Assembly (NCBI GenBank): GCA_045659405.1
Contig: JAZOWX010000065.1
Span: 9,574 to 73,573, forward strand
DNA: 64,000 nt
Source of the DNA: Eubacteriales bacterium
GTDB lineage: Bacteria; Bacillota; Clostridia; Oscillospirales; CAG-272
Direction of reading: 5' to 3'
The translations under genes were made by a program, and so were the position numbers. Below the pieces are notes generated by a model. It had not been told where the DNA came from. It saw only the letters and a program-made list of their open reading frames with translations, and made no database searches. Positions 9,772 through 19,300 of the stretch are shown one piece after another. The stretch's first letter is position 1. Every line of letters begins with the position of its first letter.

Positions 9772-10866
9772 TCAGAACTTTGTAGGCTTGCTGGTAAGAT
9801 ATTTCTTAACCATAAGCGCAACCTTGAAGGTAACTGCGTGCTCGAATTCACGAAGGTCAAGTCCTGTAAGCTTTCTTATCTTTTCAAGTCTGTATACAAG
9901 CGTGTTTCTGTGAACGAAGAGCTTTCTTGAGGTTTCCGAAACGTTAAGGTTGTTTTCGAAGAAGCTCTGCACGGTCATAAGCGTTTCCTTATCGAGCGAC
10001 TCAAGCGAGCCCTTGTTGAACACCTCGCCAAGGAATATTTCGCAAAGCGTCGTTGGGAGCTGATATATAAGTCTGCCGATACCGAGGTTCTCATAGGACA
10101 TAGTGGTGCGCTCAATATCGAACACCTTTCCTACCTCGAGCGCAATTCTCGATTCCTTGTAAGCCATAGCGAGATTCTTAAGGTTGTCGACTATCGAGGA
10201 TATACCGATAAGCACCTTTCTGCCGTGTTCCTTTTCGATGCTCTTGGCAAGCTCCTTTGCAAACTTTTCAGCCGTCTCTGTATCCGAGCCCTTTTCAAGC
10301 TCCTTTACAACAACGACGTCAAGCTCGCTTATGCTGATAACGTAATCCTTGTTTTTGTCGTTTATGTATTCCAGAACAATCTCGTAGGGAACACCGTCGC
10401 CCTCGCTCTGGAATTTTATGTTGTATACCACGCGGCTTTCATCATTGCTGAAATGAAGCTCATTGGATTTGACGTATATATCGCTCGGAAGAATGTTGTC
10501 AAGAATGATGTTCTTCACAAACGAGCATTTGTCATATTTTTCATCATAAAGAACCTTGATGTTTCCAAGCGAGACAGAAAGCATCTGCGCCATTCTGTCG
10601 GTTTCCTTATCAACACCCTCGACAAACACGATTGTGTCAAGCTTTTGCGTGCCGCTTATTACAAATCTGTAAGTAAAGCCCTCAAGCGTGAGAGATGAGG
10701 TGGAGGAGGCATAAAGAAGCTCCTCTCTGATTCGCTGTCTTGATTCACCTATTCTGCCAAGCTCGCTGCAGGCTACGATGATACCGTTTTCATCTATAAC
10801 GCCCACAGTGCGGCCTATAACGTCGCGCATCTGGTGTATTACTGTTTGAAACAACCTGTTTGACAT
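9772..10866 (-). CDS. PucR/CdaR family transcriptional regulator
   Basis: 364-aa ORF with the C-terminal PucR-type HTH ETSRKLFVHRNTLVYRLEKIRKLTGLD. Confidence 0.85.
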   Translation of the reverse strand: MSNRLFQTVIHQMRDVIGRTVGVIDENGIIVACSELGRIGESRQRIREELLYASSTSSLTLEGFTYRFVISGTQKLDTIVFVEGVDKETDRMAQMLSVSLGNIKVLYDEKYDKCSFVKNIILDNILPSDIYVKSNELHFSNDESRVVYNIKFQSEGDGVPYEIVLEYINDKNKDYVISISELDVVVVKELEKGSDTETAEKFAKELAKSIEKEHGRKVLIGISSIVDNLKNLAMAYKESRIALEVGKVFDIERTTMSYENLGIGRLIYQLPTTLCEIFLGEVFNKGSLESLDKETLMTVQSFFENNLNVSETSRKLFVHRNTLVYRLEKIRKLTGLDLREFEHAVTFKVALMVKKYLTSKPTKF

Positions 10867-10904
10867 AAAAGAAAAGTACTCCTGTGACTTTTATTAAAAG
10901 ATTG

Positions 10905-10943
10905 GAAAATCAAAAACCACGCAAAAACAAGAGCGTTTTGCGT
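10905..10943 (-). terminator. Intrinsic terminator after rsmE
   Basis: ACGCAAAA...TTTTGCGT stem followed by GGTTTTTGATTTT on the minus strand. Confidence 0.7.
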
Positions 10944-11126
10944 AGCTTTGTTAATACTGTACTACATTCTACACTAAATTTTGACGTTTTTCAATAGTTT
11001 TTTGAAAAAATATCGTTAAATACACAAATTTTTTACAAATTTTCTGTGAAATTTTGTTTAGCAAATACAAAACGTACAGTATCCGTGAAATTTATTGAAT
11101 TTTTGCTTTGGCTATGCCGAAATCAA

Positions 11127-11870
11127 TCAGTCAAGCTCGAAGTGATAGGAAAGAGCGGAGAGGATAAAGTCGGGCGCTGTTTCGCAGCGCAAAATGCGCT
11201 CGCCAAGGCTTATCGGTGTAGCACCCGCATTGATAAGCCGCTCTGCCTCGTCGGTTGTAAATCCGCCCTCGCAGCCTACGATTACCGATACTGTGCGAAT
11301 ATTTGCACCCGCCTCGCAAAGCACACGCTTGCAAGACATATCACGTGAAGCTCCCTCGTAACAGAACAGCGTCAGGTCATATCCGTCCAGCATTTTCGTA
11401 ACCTCGGAAAAGCTTACAGCACCGTGTATTTTCGGAATGCGTGAGCGTGAGCATTGCTTTGCCGCTTCCATTGCAATTCTCCCAAGCCTTGCCGTCGTCT
11501 TTTCAGCCTTGTCCGCCTTTGGGCGCTTTATGCATCTTGCGGATTCAAAGGGGATGACTTCGCAAACACCAAGCTCGGTTGCCTTTTGTATAATAAGCTC
11601 AAGCTTGTCGGATTTCGGGTAAGCCATAAAAAGCGTAATTCTTATCGGACTCTCGCCAAAGCCCTCACGGCTTTCCTCTATTTTTGCGAGGCACTCGTCG
11701 TCACGTATTCTCGTAAGCCTTGCGGTATACTGTGTACCCTCACCGTCACTGACGGTTATGGAATCTCCCTCTGCCATACGCAGGGAGCGTGCGATGTGAT
11801 GCGCATCATCTCCGAAAATACGCACCTCTTTGTCCCCGATTTCTTTGGCATCTACGAAAAAGTTTGGCAT
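11127..11870 (-). CDS. rsmE: 16S rRNA (uracil1498-N3)-methyltransferase
   Basis: 247-aa ORF with the RsmE N-terminal PUA-like segment (FFVD...HHIARSLRM..GD) and a SPOUT C-terminal domain. Sits next to prmA, as is usual. Confidence 0.9.
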   Translation of the reverse strand: MPNFFVDAKEIGDKEVRIFGDDAHHIARSLRMAEGDSITVSDGEGTQYTARLTRIRDDECLAKIEESREGFGESPIRITLFMAYPKSDKLELIIQKATELGVCEVIPFESARCIKRPKADKAEKTTARLGRIAMEAAKQCSRSRIPKIHGAVSFSEVTKMLDGYDLTLFCYEGASRDMSCKRVLCEAGANIRTVSVIVGCEGGFTTDEAERLINAGATPISLGERILRCETAPDFILSALSYHFELD

Positions 11871-11923
11871 AAAGTCCTCACCTCCGACCTGTTAATAAGC
11901 CTTTTTACAATTCGCTTCTGTTT

Positions 11924-12847
11924 TTACTCGGGCTTGCGGCTCAACATAAGCGCAACCCAATCGTTTTCGTTTATTTTTTTGACTACTCGGTAGCCGTATT
12001 CCGCCGCCGCGGAAATTACCTCGTCCTCTCTCGGTGCAATAATTCCCGAAAGAATAAGAGGCGCATCCTCTGTAAGACAGCTTCCGATGTCGGGAAGCAT
12101 ACGCAGAATTATATCAGCCACTATATTGGCAACGCAGAAATCAAATTTTCCGGCCGACGTGTCAACGCCAGCAAGCAGGTCTGATACACCGACCTCTATA
12201 TTGTCACAGCCCTCCGAAACAACGTTGTCGAGCGCCACCTTTACGGCAACAGGGTCTATGTCGTATGCGTGTATCTTCTTTGCGCCAAGCTTTGATGCGC
12301 AAATTGAGAGTATTCCCGAGCCCGTGCCGACGTCAAGCACACGAAGTCCTGAAAGCTCCTCGTCCTGCATAAGCCTGATGACAAGCCTCGTCGTTTCGTG
12401 CGTACCCGTGCCGAATGCCATACCGGGGTCCATTCTGACTATAATTTCATCGGCAGTCGGCTCATATTTCTCCCACCTCGGCACAACAGTAACTCTGCCA
12501 AGATGCACGGGCTTGTAGTATTTCTTCCAGTTTTCCGCCCAGTCGTCCTCGCATATACCCGATATTTCGTAGCTTACCTCAATTCCAAGCGAGCTGAAGC
12601 GCTCGGCAAGAAAGGCACGGTATTCGGGAAGCGGTCTTTCCTCAGGCACGAAAATTGACACAGCTCCGTGCGATTTATCAGCGTTAAGTATTGAGTCGTC
12701 AACAAGCTCGCCATACATTCCCGAAAAGGAAAAGTCGCTGTAATCCTCTATCATAAGCGAGGTCTCGAGCATACCCATAACGGCGGCTACCGTGTCGATA
12801 TTTTCTGTCGTACACTTGACTGTGAGTTTAGTCCAATTATTGTTCAT
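11924..12847 (-). CDS. prmA: Ribosomal protein L11 methyltransferase
   Basis: 307-aa ORF with DPGMAFGTGTHETTRL and LDVGTGSGILSI motifs. Confidence 0.93.
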   Translation of the reverse strand: MNNNWTKLTVKCTTENIDTVAAVMGMLETSLMIEDYSDFSFSGMYGELVDDSILNADKSHGAVSIFVPEERPLPEYRAFLAERFSSLGIEVSYEISGICEDDWAENWKKYYKPVHLGRVTVVPRWEKYEPTADEIIVRMDPGMAFGTGTHETTRLVIRLMQDEELSGLRVLDVGTGSGILSICASKLGAKKIHAYDIDPVAVKVALDNVVSEGCDNIEVGVSDLLAGVDTSAGKFDFCVANIVADIILRMLPDIGSCLTEDAPLILSGIIAPREDEVISAAAEYGYRVVKKINENDWVALMLSRKPE

Positions 12848-13782
12848 TTTACACCTCTGTTTTTGTCAATAGCGGCTGAAATGTCAGCTTTTATTTGCAT
12901 TTTCAGCTCATTTTCGTCCGAGAAATGTTTTTCGTCACGCAAAAACGAAAGGAAATTAACCCTGACGTATTTGCCGTAAAGGTCGCCTGAAAAGTTGAAA
13001 AGATGAGCCTCTATATGAATTTTTCTCTCGCCGAGTGTCGGACAGACTCCGATGTTTACAATCGCGGGATGTGCCACACCGTCAACCACGGCAGAGGCTG
13101 TGTAAACACCCAGTCGCGGTATCAGAGCGTTATCCGCAAAGGATATGTTTATCGTCGGGATACCAAGCCTTGATGAGCCGATTCCGCGTCCGTGAGTTAC
13201 GTAGCCACGGGCAAAATACTCCTCGCCAAGAAGCTTTCCCGCCCCCTCTACGTCACCTGCCGAGAGCATATTTCTGATTATACTTGAAGAAATTTCCTCA
13301 CCGCGGTATTTCTGCTCCTCGCATACGAGCAGCTCGCCGCCGAGCGACGTCATTATTTCCGAAAGCACCGCGGTATCCGCCACAGCACCGCAACCGAATT
13401 TAAAGTTATAGCCGACAGCGCAAAGACGACAGCCAAGCTCACGGTAAAGAACACCCTCTGCAAATTCACGGGCGCTCATATTGCGAATGCTTGAAAAATC
13501 CGACAGCACGCAAAAGCTGACGCCAAGCTCGGCAAGAATGGAAAGCCTCTGCTCGGTAGTATATATGCGCCGTGTGCCGCTCTTTATATCGCTGTCCGAG
13601 CTGAACGTAAAGACACCGAGGGGCAGGGAAAGCTCTTTTGCACGTGCAAGCGCTCTTTTTATAAGCTCTCTGTGAGCCGTATGCACACCGTCAAACAGTC
13701 CTATAGCCAGGGCGCACGGTGTTCTCGGAATTACGTCCTTGCCATATTCGTATATCCTCAATGCAGGCTCACCTCGTTTCAA
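12844..13782 (-). CDS. ribF: Bifunctional riboflavin kinase / FMN adenylyltransferase
   Basis: GLFDGVHTAHRELI nucleotidyltransferase motif and a C-terminal riboflavin kinase domain. The start is uncertain: TTG at 13782, or TTG at 13761 with GAGGTGAG upstream. Confidence 0.9.
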   Translation of the reverse strand: MKRGEPALRIYEYGKDVIPRTPCALAIGLFDGVHTAHRELIKRALARAKELSLPLGVFTFSSDSDIKSGTRRIYTTEQRLSILAELGVSFCVLSDFSSIRNMSAREFAEGVLYRELGCRLCAVGYNFKFGCGAVADTAVLSEIMTSLGGELLVCEEQKYRGEEISSSIIRNMLSAGDVEGAGKLLGEEYFARGYVTHGRGIGSSRLGIPTINISFADNALIPRLGVYTASAVVDGVAHPAIVNIGVCPTLGERKIHIEAHLFNFSGDLYGKYVRVNFLSFLRDEKHFSDENELKMQIKADISAAIDKNRGVK

Positions 13783-13810
13783 ATCAGCGTTAAATCTTTA
13801 TATCCGATAT

Positions 13811-13839
13811 ATTGTATCACGGGCGGCTCGAATTGTCAA
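13811..13839 (-). promoter_or_regulatory. Sigma-A type promoter for the ribF-prmA-rsmE operon
   Basis: Minus strand TTGACA, 17 nt, TACAAT. Confidence 0.6.
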
Positions 13840-14021
13840 GGCGGGCATTGTCGGAATTGTCGGGGAATCACGGCTTGTACCGAGCTTTTTTGAAAAGTAT
13901 TTACGCAAGTGCGGATTTTTGTTTTCTCATTATATGATTTTAGTTAACAGTATCTTAATAAATATGAGGTATAATTTGGGTACGGATTATACATTTGCAA
14001 TTCCCAACGGAGGAAACCTGT

Positions 14022-15263
14022 ATGAAAAAAAGAATTATGATTTTGACTGCGGCTCTCGTCCTTACGCTGTGTCAGCTTTGCTCCTGCCTTGTCGTCTCTG
14101 ACGGCGGTGAAAACTATCTGACCGAGGCTGACGTTCTTAATATGATAGGAAATATAGAGAGCGGAAGCGTCAACAACGTAAATATAACGGTAGAGGGAAC
14201 AAACGACGTTGTCAGCGCAAGTCGTGCGGTTTTGTCAACCGTCAGCATAAGATGCGAGTTTGATACCAAATACTATTACTACTGGCCCTATACGCAGACG
14301 GTGAGCAAGACCGAGGCGCAGGGCGGCTCGGGCGTCATATACAGCCTTGATAAGGAAAGCGGCGACGCTTATATCATAACCAACTATCACGTCGTATATC
14401 ACTCGAAATCCACCGCCGCAAATAAGATTTCGGACAAAATAAATCTGTACCTTTACGGTATGGAGTATGAAAAATACGCAATCCCCGCAACCTATATCGG
14501 CGGCTCTATGGCATACGACCTTGCGGTCTTGAAGGTTGAGGGCAGCGAGGTTTTGAAGAGCGGAAACGCACTTGCCGCAAGCTTTGCGGATTCTGACGGG
14601 GTGGCTATACTTGAAACCGCAATAATCGTCGGAAATCCGAGCGGAATGTCGGCAACCGCAGGCTATATAAACATCGACAGCGAGTATATAACTATGTCGC
14701 TTGACGGTGTGACGAGCGTGGAGATGAGGGTTATGAGAACGAGCGCACCCGTCAATTCGGGAAATTCGGGCGGCGGTCTGTATAATGCCAAGGGCGAGCT
14801 TCTCGGAATTGTAAATGCGAAAAAGATTTCGGACGATACCGATAACGTGGGTTATGCAATCCCCTCAAACGTGGCGAAATACGTAGTCGAGAACATAATA
14901 GACTACTGCGACGGCAAGGAAAACGAGAGCGTTTACAAGTGCGTTCTCGGTATAAACGTCGGTGTGGCGGCAAGCAGAACCGAATACGACGAGCAGACAG
15001 CCGAAATAACTAAAATAGAAACTGTTGCGGTTTCCGAGGTTGCTGCGGACGCTGCCGCAAAGAATAAGCTCTTCGTGGGCGATATCATAAATACGCTTAC
15101 CGTCGGTGGGGAAAGCTACGATATAACGAGAAGCTTCCAGGTTATCGACCTTATGCTGCGAGTGCGCGTGGGAGATACCGTTACCTTTGGAATTACAAGA
15201 GACGGCTCGGAGCTTTCTGTTTCGGTTGAAATTACCGAACAAATGATGAATAAAATAGTGTAA
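14022..15263 (+). CDS. Trypsin-like (S1C/HtrA-type) serine protease, lipoprotein
   Basis: ATG at 14022 with GGAGGA upstream. Signal and lipobox LCSC. Catalytic Ser context NSGNSGGGLYN and His context TNYHVV. Confidence 0.85.
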   Translation: MKKRIMILTAALVLTLCQLCSCLVVSDGGENYLTEADVLNMIGNIESGSVNNVNITVEGTNDVVSASRAVLSTVSIRCEFDTKYYYYWPYTQTVSKTEAQGGSGVIYSLDKESGDAYIITNYHVVYHSKSTAANKISDKINLYLYGMEYEKYAIPATYIGGSMAYDLAVLKVEGSEVLKSGNALAASFADSDGVAILETAIIVGNPSGMSATAGYINIDSEYITMSLDGVTSVEMRVMRTSAPVNSGNSGGGLYNAKGELLGIVNAKKISDDTDNVGYAIPSNVAKYVVENIIDYCDGKENESVYKCVLGINVGVAASRTEYDEQTAEITKIETVAVSEVAADAAAKNKLFVGDIINTLTVGGESYDITRSFQVIDLMLRVRVGDTVTFGITRDGSELSVSVEITEQMMNKIV

Positions 15264-15306
15264 TTTCACAAAAATGGCAACCCGGAGGGATTTTTAACAA
15301 AAAAAC

Positions 15307-15335
15307 TTGACAAACCGCAAACACCGTGGTAAAAT
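15307..15335 (+). promoter_or_regulatory. Near-consensus sigma-A promoter with extended -10
   Basis: TTGACA (15307-15312), 17 nt ending in TGG, then TAAAAT (15330-15335). Confidence 0.7.
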
Positions 15336-15377
15336 AGTTACAAAGAATAGTCTTTCCAAATTTGAGAGGTTATAATT

Positions 15378-15482
15378 ATGAAAAAGTACGAAGCTCCCGA
15401 GATAGTTGTTCTCAACGTAAGCGGTACCGAGATTTTCACGAGCGGTGACGGTAATACTCCCGACTACGATATCAACTGGTAA
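15378..15482 (+). CDS. 34-aa peptide MKKYEAPEIVVLNVSGTEIFTSGDGNTPDYDINW (candidate RiPP-type precursor or signalling peptide)
   Basis: Below the ORF-track size cutoff. GAGAGG lies 7 nt upstream of the ATG. It has its own consensus promoter and a downstream hairpin. The track's 64-aa antisense ORF 15294..15488 covers it and has no such signals. Confidence 0.6.
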   Translation: MKKYEAPEIVVLNVSGTEIFTSGDGNTPDYDINW

Positions 15483-15509
15483 TCTCAAAATTTAAAAGCA
15501 AAAGATGTG

Positions 15510-15541
15510 TTAGCGTGATGTCCTTTTGGGCTTCACGCTAA
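15510..15541 (+). terminator. Stem-loop after the small ORF
   Basis: TTAGCGTGA-14 nt-TCACGCTAA. The T-tract is poor. Confidence 0.4.
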
Positions 15542-15707
15542 TTGAGTTGTTTAAAAAAGCGCAAAATGCTTTTGTCCTGCTATGGGGATTGCTCTCCCTT
15601 GCAAACAAACTATATCCCCTCGGTGCGGATGCTCACAGGTGCAGTCTGCGTCGGGGGGATAGCTTTTAAGCCTATGCTTGTAAAACGCCAATATGGGGGA
15701 ATTAATT

Positions 15708-16265
15708 ATGAATTTAGAAGAAAAAAAGCTGTCGGGCGAGGAAATTTTTCACGGCAAGCTGCTTCACGTCGTAAAGGACGAGGTGCTTTTGCCTAACGGT
15801 GAGCGCTCATACCGTGAGTACTGTAAGCACGTGGGCGCTGTGTGCGTGCTTCCTCTGCTTTCGGACGGCGCTGTTATAATGGAGCGCCAATACCGCTATG
15901 CCGCAGGCAGGGTGCTGCTTGAAATACCTGCGGGAAAGCTGAACTCTGCCGACGAAGAGCCGCTTTCCGCCGCCGCGCGTGAGCTTCGTGAGGAAACAGG
16001 GGCTGTTGCGGGGAAATACACCTATATCGGCAAGATGCTCGGCTCGCCCGCAATACTTTCCGAAAGCGTTTATATGTATATTGCAGAGGATATAACCTTT
16101 ACCGAAACCTCACCCGACGACGATGAATTTATAGAAATGGAAAAAATCCCTCTCGAGCGTCTTTACGCTATGGTTATGTCGGGCGAAATCGAGGACTCCA
16201 AAACGCAGATTGCCGTTCTTAAGGCGGTGCAAATCGTGAAAGATAAAAACAAAACGGCAAAATAA
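15708..16265 (+). CDS. NUDIX hydrolase (ADP-ribose pyrophosphatase-like)
   Basis: ATG at 15708 with GGGGGA upstream. Nudix box GKLNSADEEPLSAAARELREETG. Confidence 0.88.
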   Translation: MNLEEKKLSGEEIFHGKLLHVVKDEVLLPNGERSYREYCKHVGAVCVLPLLSDGAVIMERQYRYAAGRVLLEIPAGKLNSADEEPLSAAARELREETGAVAGKYTYIGKMLGSPAILSESVYMYIAEDITFTETSPDDDEFIEMEKIPLERLYAMVMSGEIEDSKTQIAVLKAVQIVKDKNKTAK

Positions 16266-16275
16266 GAAAAAACGC

Positions 16276-16304
16276 TTGACATTATTAACCAAATGTAGTA
16301 TCAT
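16276..16304 (+). promoter_or_regulatory. Sigma-A type promoter of the giant acidic-protein gene
   Basis: TTGACA, 17 nt, TATCAT. Confidence 0.6.
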
Positions 16305-16343
16305 GTAGTTATATTAAAATATTTTGACTTTGGAGGAAACAAA

Positions 16344-19300
16344 ATGGATATTATTTCTCATGTTCAGGAAATGCTCGCCAAAGACACCGTTACAGCGTAC
16401 ATAGCGCTCGGAATTGCCGGTGTATGCGGCGTCCTGATGCTCCTTGGCGCTCTTAAGGGCTTGTCACGAGGACTTACTCGTCAGACGGTTCGTTTTCTGA
16501 CGATTATCGCGTCTATCGTGATTTCGGTTCTTGCGGCAACAGGAATTACCAACGCTCTTATAGGCTTCTTTGACGGAAAAACTCTGCAAGAGGCGCTTAC
16601 CGAGCTTGGCGCAGGCGAAGCGTTTGCGGAAATGGACGGACTTGCTCTGGCAATCCTCAACGCAATCGACCCCAGCGCTGTACAGCAGATTCTTGCTCTT
16701 CCCATGACGCTTATTGTAGCTCCTATTGTGTTTGTGCTTGTCTTCATTTTCATAAGCGCAATCATGCTTATAGTACACGCTATAATCAGCGGTGCTTGCG
16801 GCTTCACTAAAAAGAGAAACAACTGGTGGACACGTCTTGCAGGTCTTGCACTCGGTGCTGTTCAGGGACTTGTTGTTGCGGCAGCTATACTCGTTCCCGT
16901 AAGCGGACTTATGGGCATCGTTTCGGATACGGTTGCGCAGATAGAAAGACTTGATGAGCAGACTGTTATGGCTTCTACCGAAAACGGTGGCGGCGACGAG
17001 GATGAGGGTGAGTTTGACGTATCCGAAATTCTCGCTATGTACGACGAGTACCTTGCAGACGTTGCTGAAAGCCCTGCTCTGAAACTCGTAAACAAGTTTG
17101 GCGGTAACCTTATAAGCAAGCAGCTTTCTACCGTTAAGATCGGCGGTCAGAAGCAGGATGCAAGACAGACTATCCCCTCGCTTGTAGGCATAGCTGTTGA
17201 TGCTATGGGTCTTGCAGATATTGATATTACAGCTCTCACACAGGATGATAAGGATACAATTACCGGTATCATTGATAAGATTATGGCAGAGCCGCTCACC
17301 CGTGACATTATCGTTGCAGGCTTCAAGGCTGCGGCTAATGCTATCGGCTCCAACAGCGAGCTTCTTGAGGACGTTCCCGCTCCCTTTGATGAAATCGTTG
17401 CATCTGCGATTTCGGTATACGGTAACAGCACAGCGGCTACCGTTAAGTCCGACCTCGGTACTCTTTGCAAGGTATTCTTCATAGTTGCTGATTCGGGCAT
17501 CCTTGCAGAGACTGACGAGCTTGATCCCATAGCTCTTATCACCGCTCCTGATGATGAGAATATGATTATCCTCGTTCTTAATGCGTTTGCAGAGAACCCC
17601 AACTTCAACACAATCGTTCTCGATGCGTTTGATATCCTTGCTGATGCTATCAAGAACGGTGAAATAGAGGATCTTCCCGAGGAGATTAATTCGTTTGCAT
17701 TCGCTATTAATCCCGTGCTCGACCACTTCGCTGAAATGACGAGCCTTACAGGAATCGTTGATGACGTTAAGACGATGCTCGCAGTTATGAGAGACATCGC
17801 AGGCACAGGTATATTTGAGGAAGACTCCGAAATTGCATTCGAGGACTTCATCTTTGCAGAAGAGGGCGAAACTCCTCTTATCAAAACCATGCTCGGCAGA
17901 TTCGTTGAAAACGAAGCTCTTGACGCTATGATGATGGAAATCATCGCAGGCGCTGCCGAAGCAATCAGAAACAACGAAATCGAAGATCTCCCCGAGGAGA
18001 TGACCGAATTCGGCTTCGTAATCAACCCCGTGCTCGACCACTTCGCAGACATGAGCAGTATTTCGGGAATTATAGCTGACCTTGATACTATCATTGCTGT
18101 TATGAAAGACCTTGACGACGCAGGTATGCTTGACGAGGATGCAGAGTTTGATATCGAGGTATTCCTTCTTTGCGAAGAGGGTGAGACTCCCCTTATCAAC
18201 ACAATCCTTGGCAGATTTGCTGAAAACGCAGCTCTTGACGCTATGATAATGGAAATTATCTCGGGCGCAGCCGAGGCAATCGAGGACGGCACACTTGAGC
18301 TTCCCGAGGAATCCGAGGAATATGCATTCCTTCTTAACCCCGTACTTGCACACTTCGGCGATATGGAGTCGGTAGACGACGTTATCGCAGATATTGATAC
18401 AGTTATAGAGATATACAGAGAAATCGAAGAGTCGGGTATCACCGATGACGATTTCGACGAGGATGAGCTTCTTAACGTGCTTCTTCTTAACGAGGACTGT
18501 GTTATAGACGCTATCCTTGATATAGTTGATGAAAACGAAGCGCTTGAAACTCTTATTCTGGAAATCATCACAGGTGCGGCTGACGAGATTGTCGCAGGCA
18601 ACCTTCCTCTGTTCGAGGATTCGGATATGCCCGAGGATATTGAGGACGTGCTGATGGAGGTTATCGCAGTTATTGCCGAAACCGACAGCATCACTACACT
18701 CAAGGGTGACATTCAGGTTATTCAGGACGTATTTGCTCTTGTAGGTGATATCGAATTCAACGAAGACACAGACTACGTAGAGCTTCTCTTCGGTGCAGAA
18801 GAGGGTGAGGAGAGCGTTATTATAGCAGCTCTTAACAAGCTCGCTGCTTCAAGATTTGACGATGCTATTCTCGGAGCTATCCAGGCAATTGCTTCCGACC
18901 CTGCATTCCTTGAGGATGCTGACGAGGCAACCGCTGAGGTGATTCAGCCCTTCCTTGACGTATTCACAGCAGATGAAGCAACTCTTGCAAGCATCACAGC
19001 AGATATCGAGGTGCTTCAGGAGGTTATAATCCTTCTTAACAACAGCGGTGCGTTTGAGGATGGCGCAGATGCGCTTTCGATACTCTTTGTAAAAGAGGCA
19101 GACGAGGACGAAACCCTTATCCTAACCGTTATCGGTAAGCTCGAAGCTACCAACTTTAAAGATCCGCTTGTAAATGCTTACAAGTCTATCGCAACAAAGG
19201 ATGACAACGGCAATTATCTGATGCTTGACGGTGCAGATGCTCTTACAGCATCTATTGTTGGACCTCTTCTTGAGGAAATAGCAAGAACTGCATCTATAAC

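Noticed and set aside
16464-18712. Very long antisense ORFs inside the giant acidic-protein gene (629 aa at 16464..18353 and 521 aa at 17147..18712).
   Set aside because: Their translations are low-complexity (Ser/Cys/Lys/Asn-rich or Ser/Ile/Ala-rich) and have no RBS or promoter. They lie entirely within a sense ORF that has a promoter, an RBS, a terminator and a coherent repeat architecture. Open antisense frames are an expected by-product of the GAx/GCx-rich sense codons.
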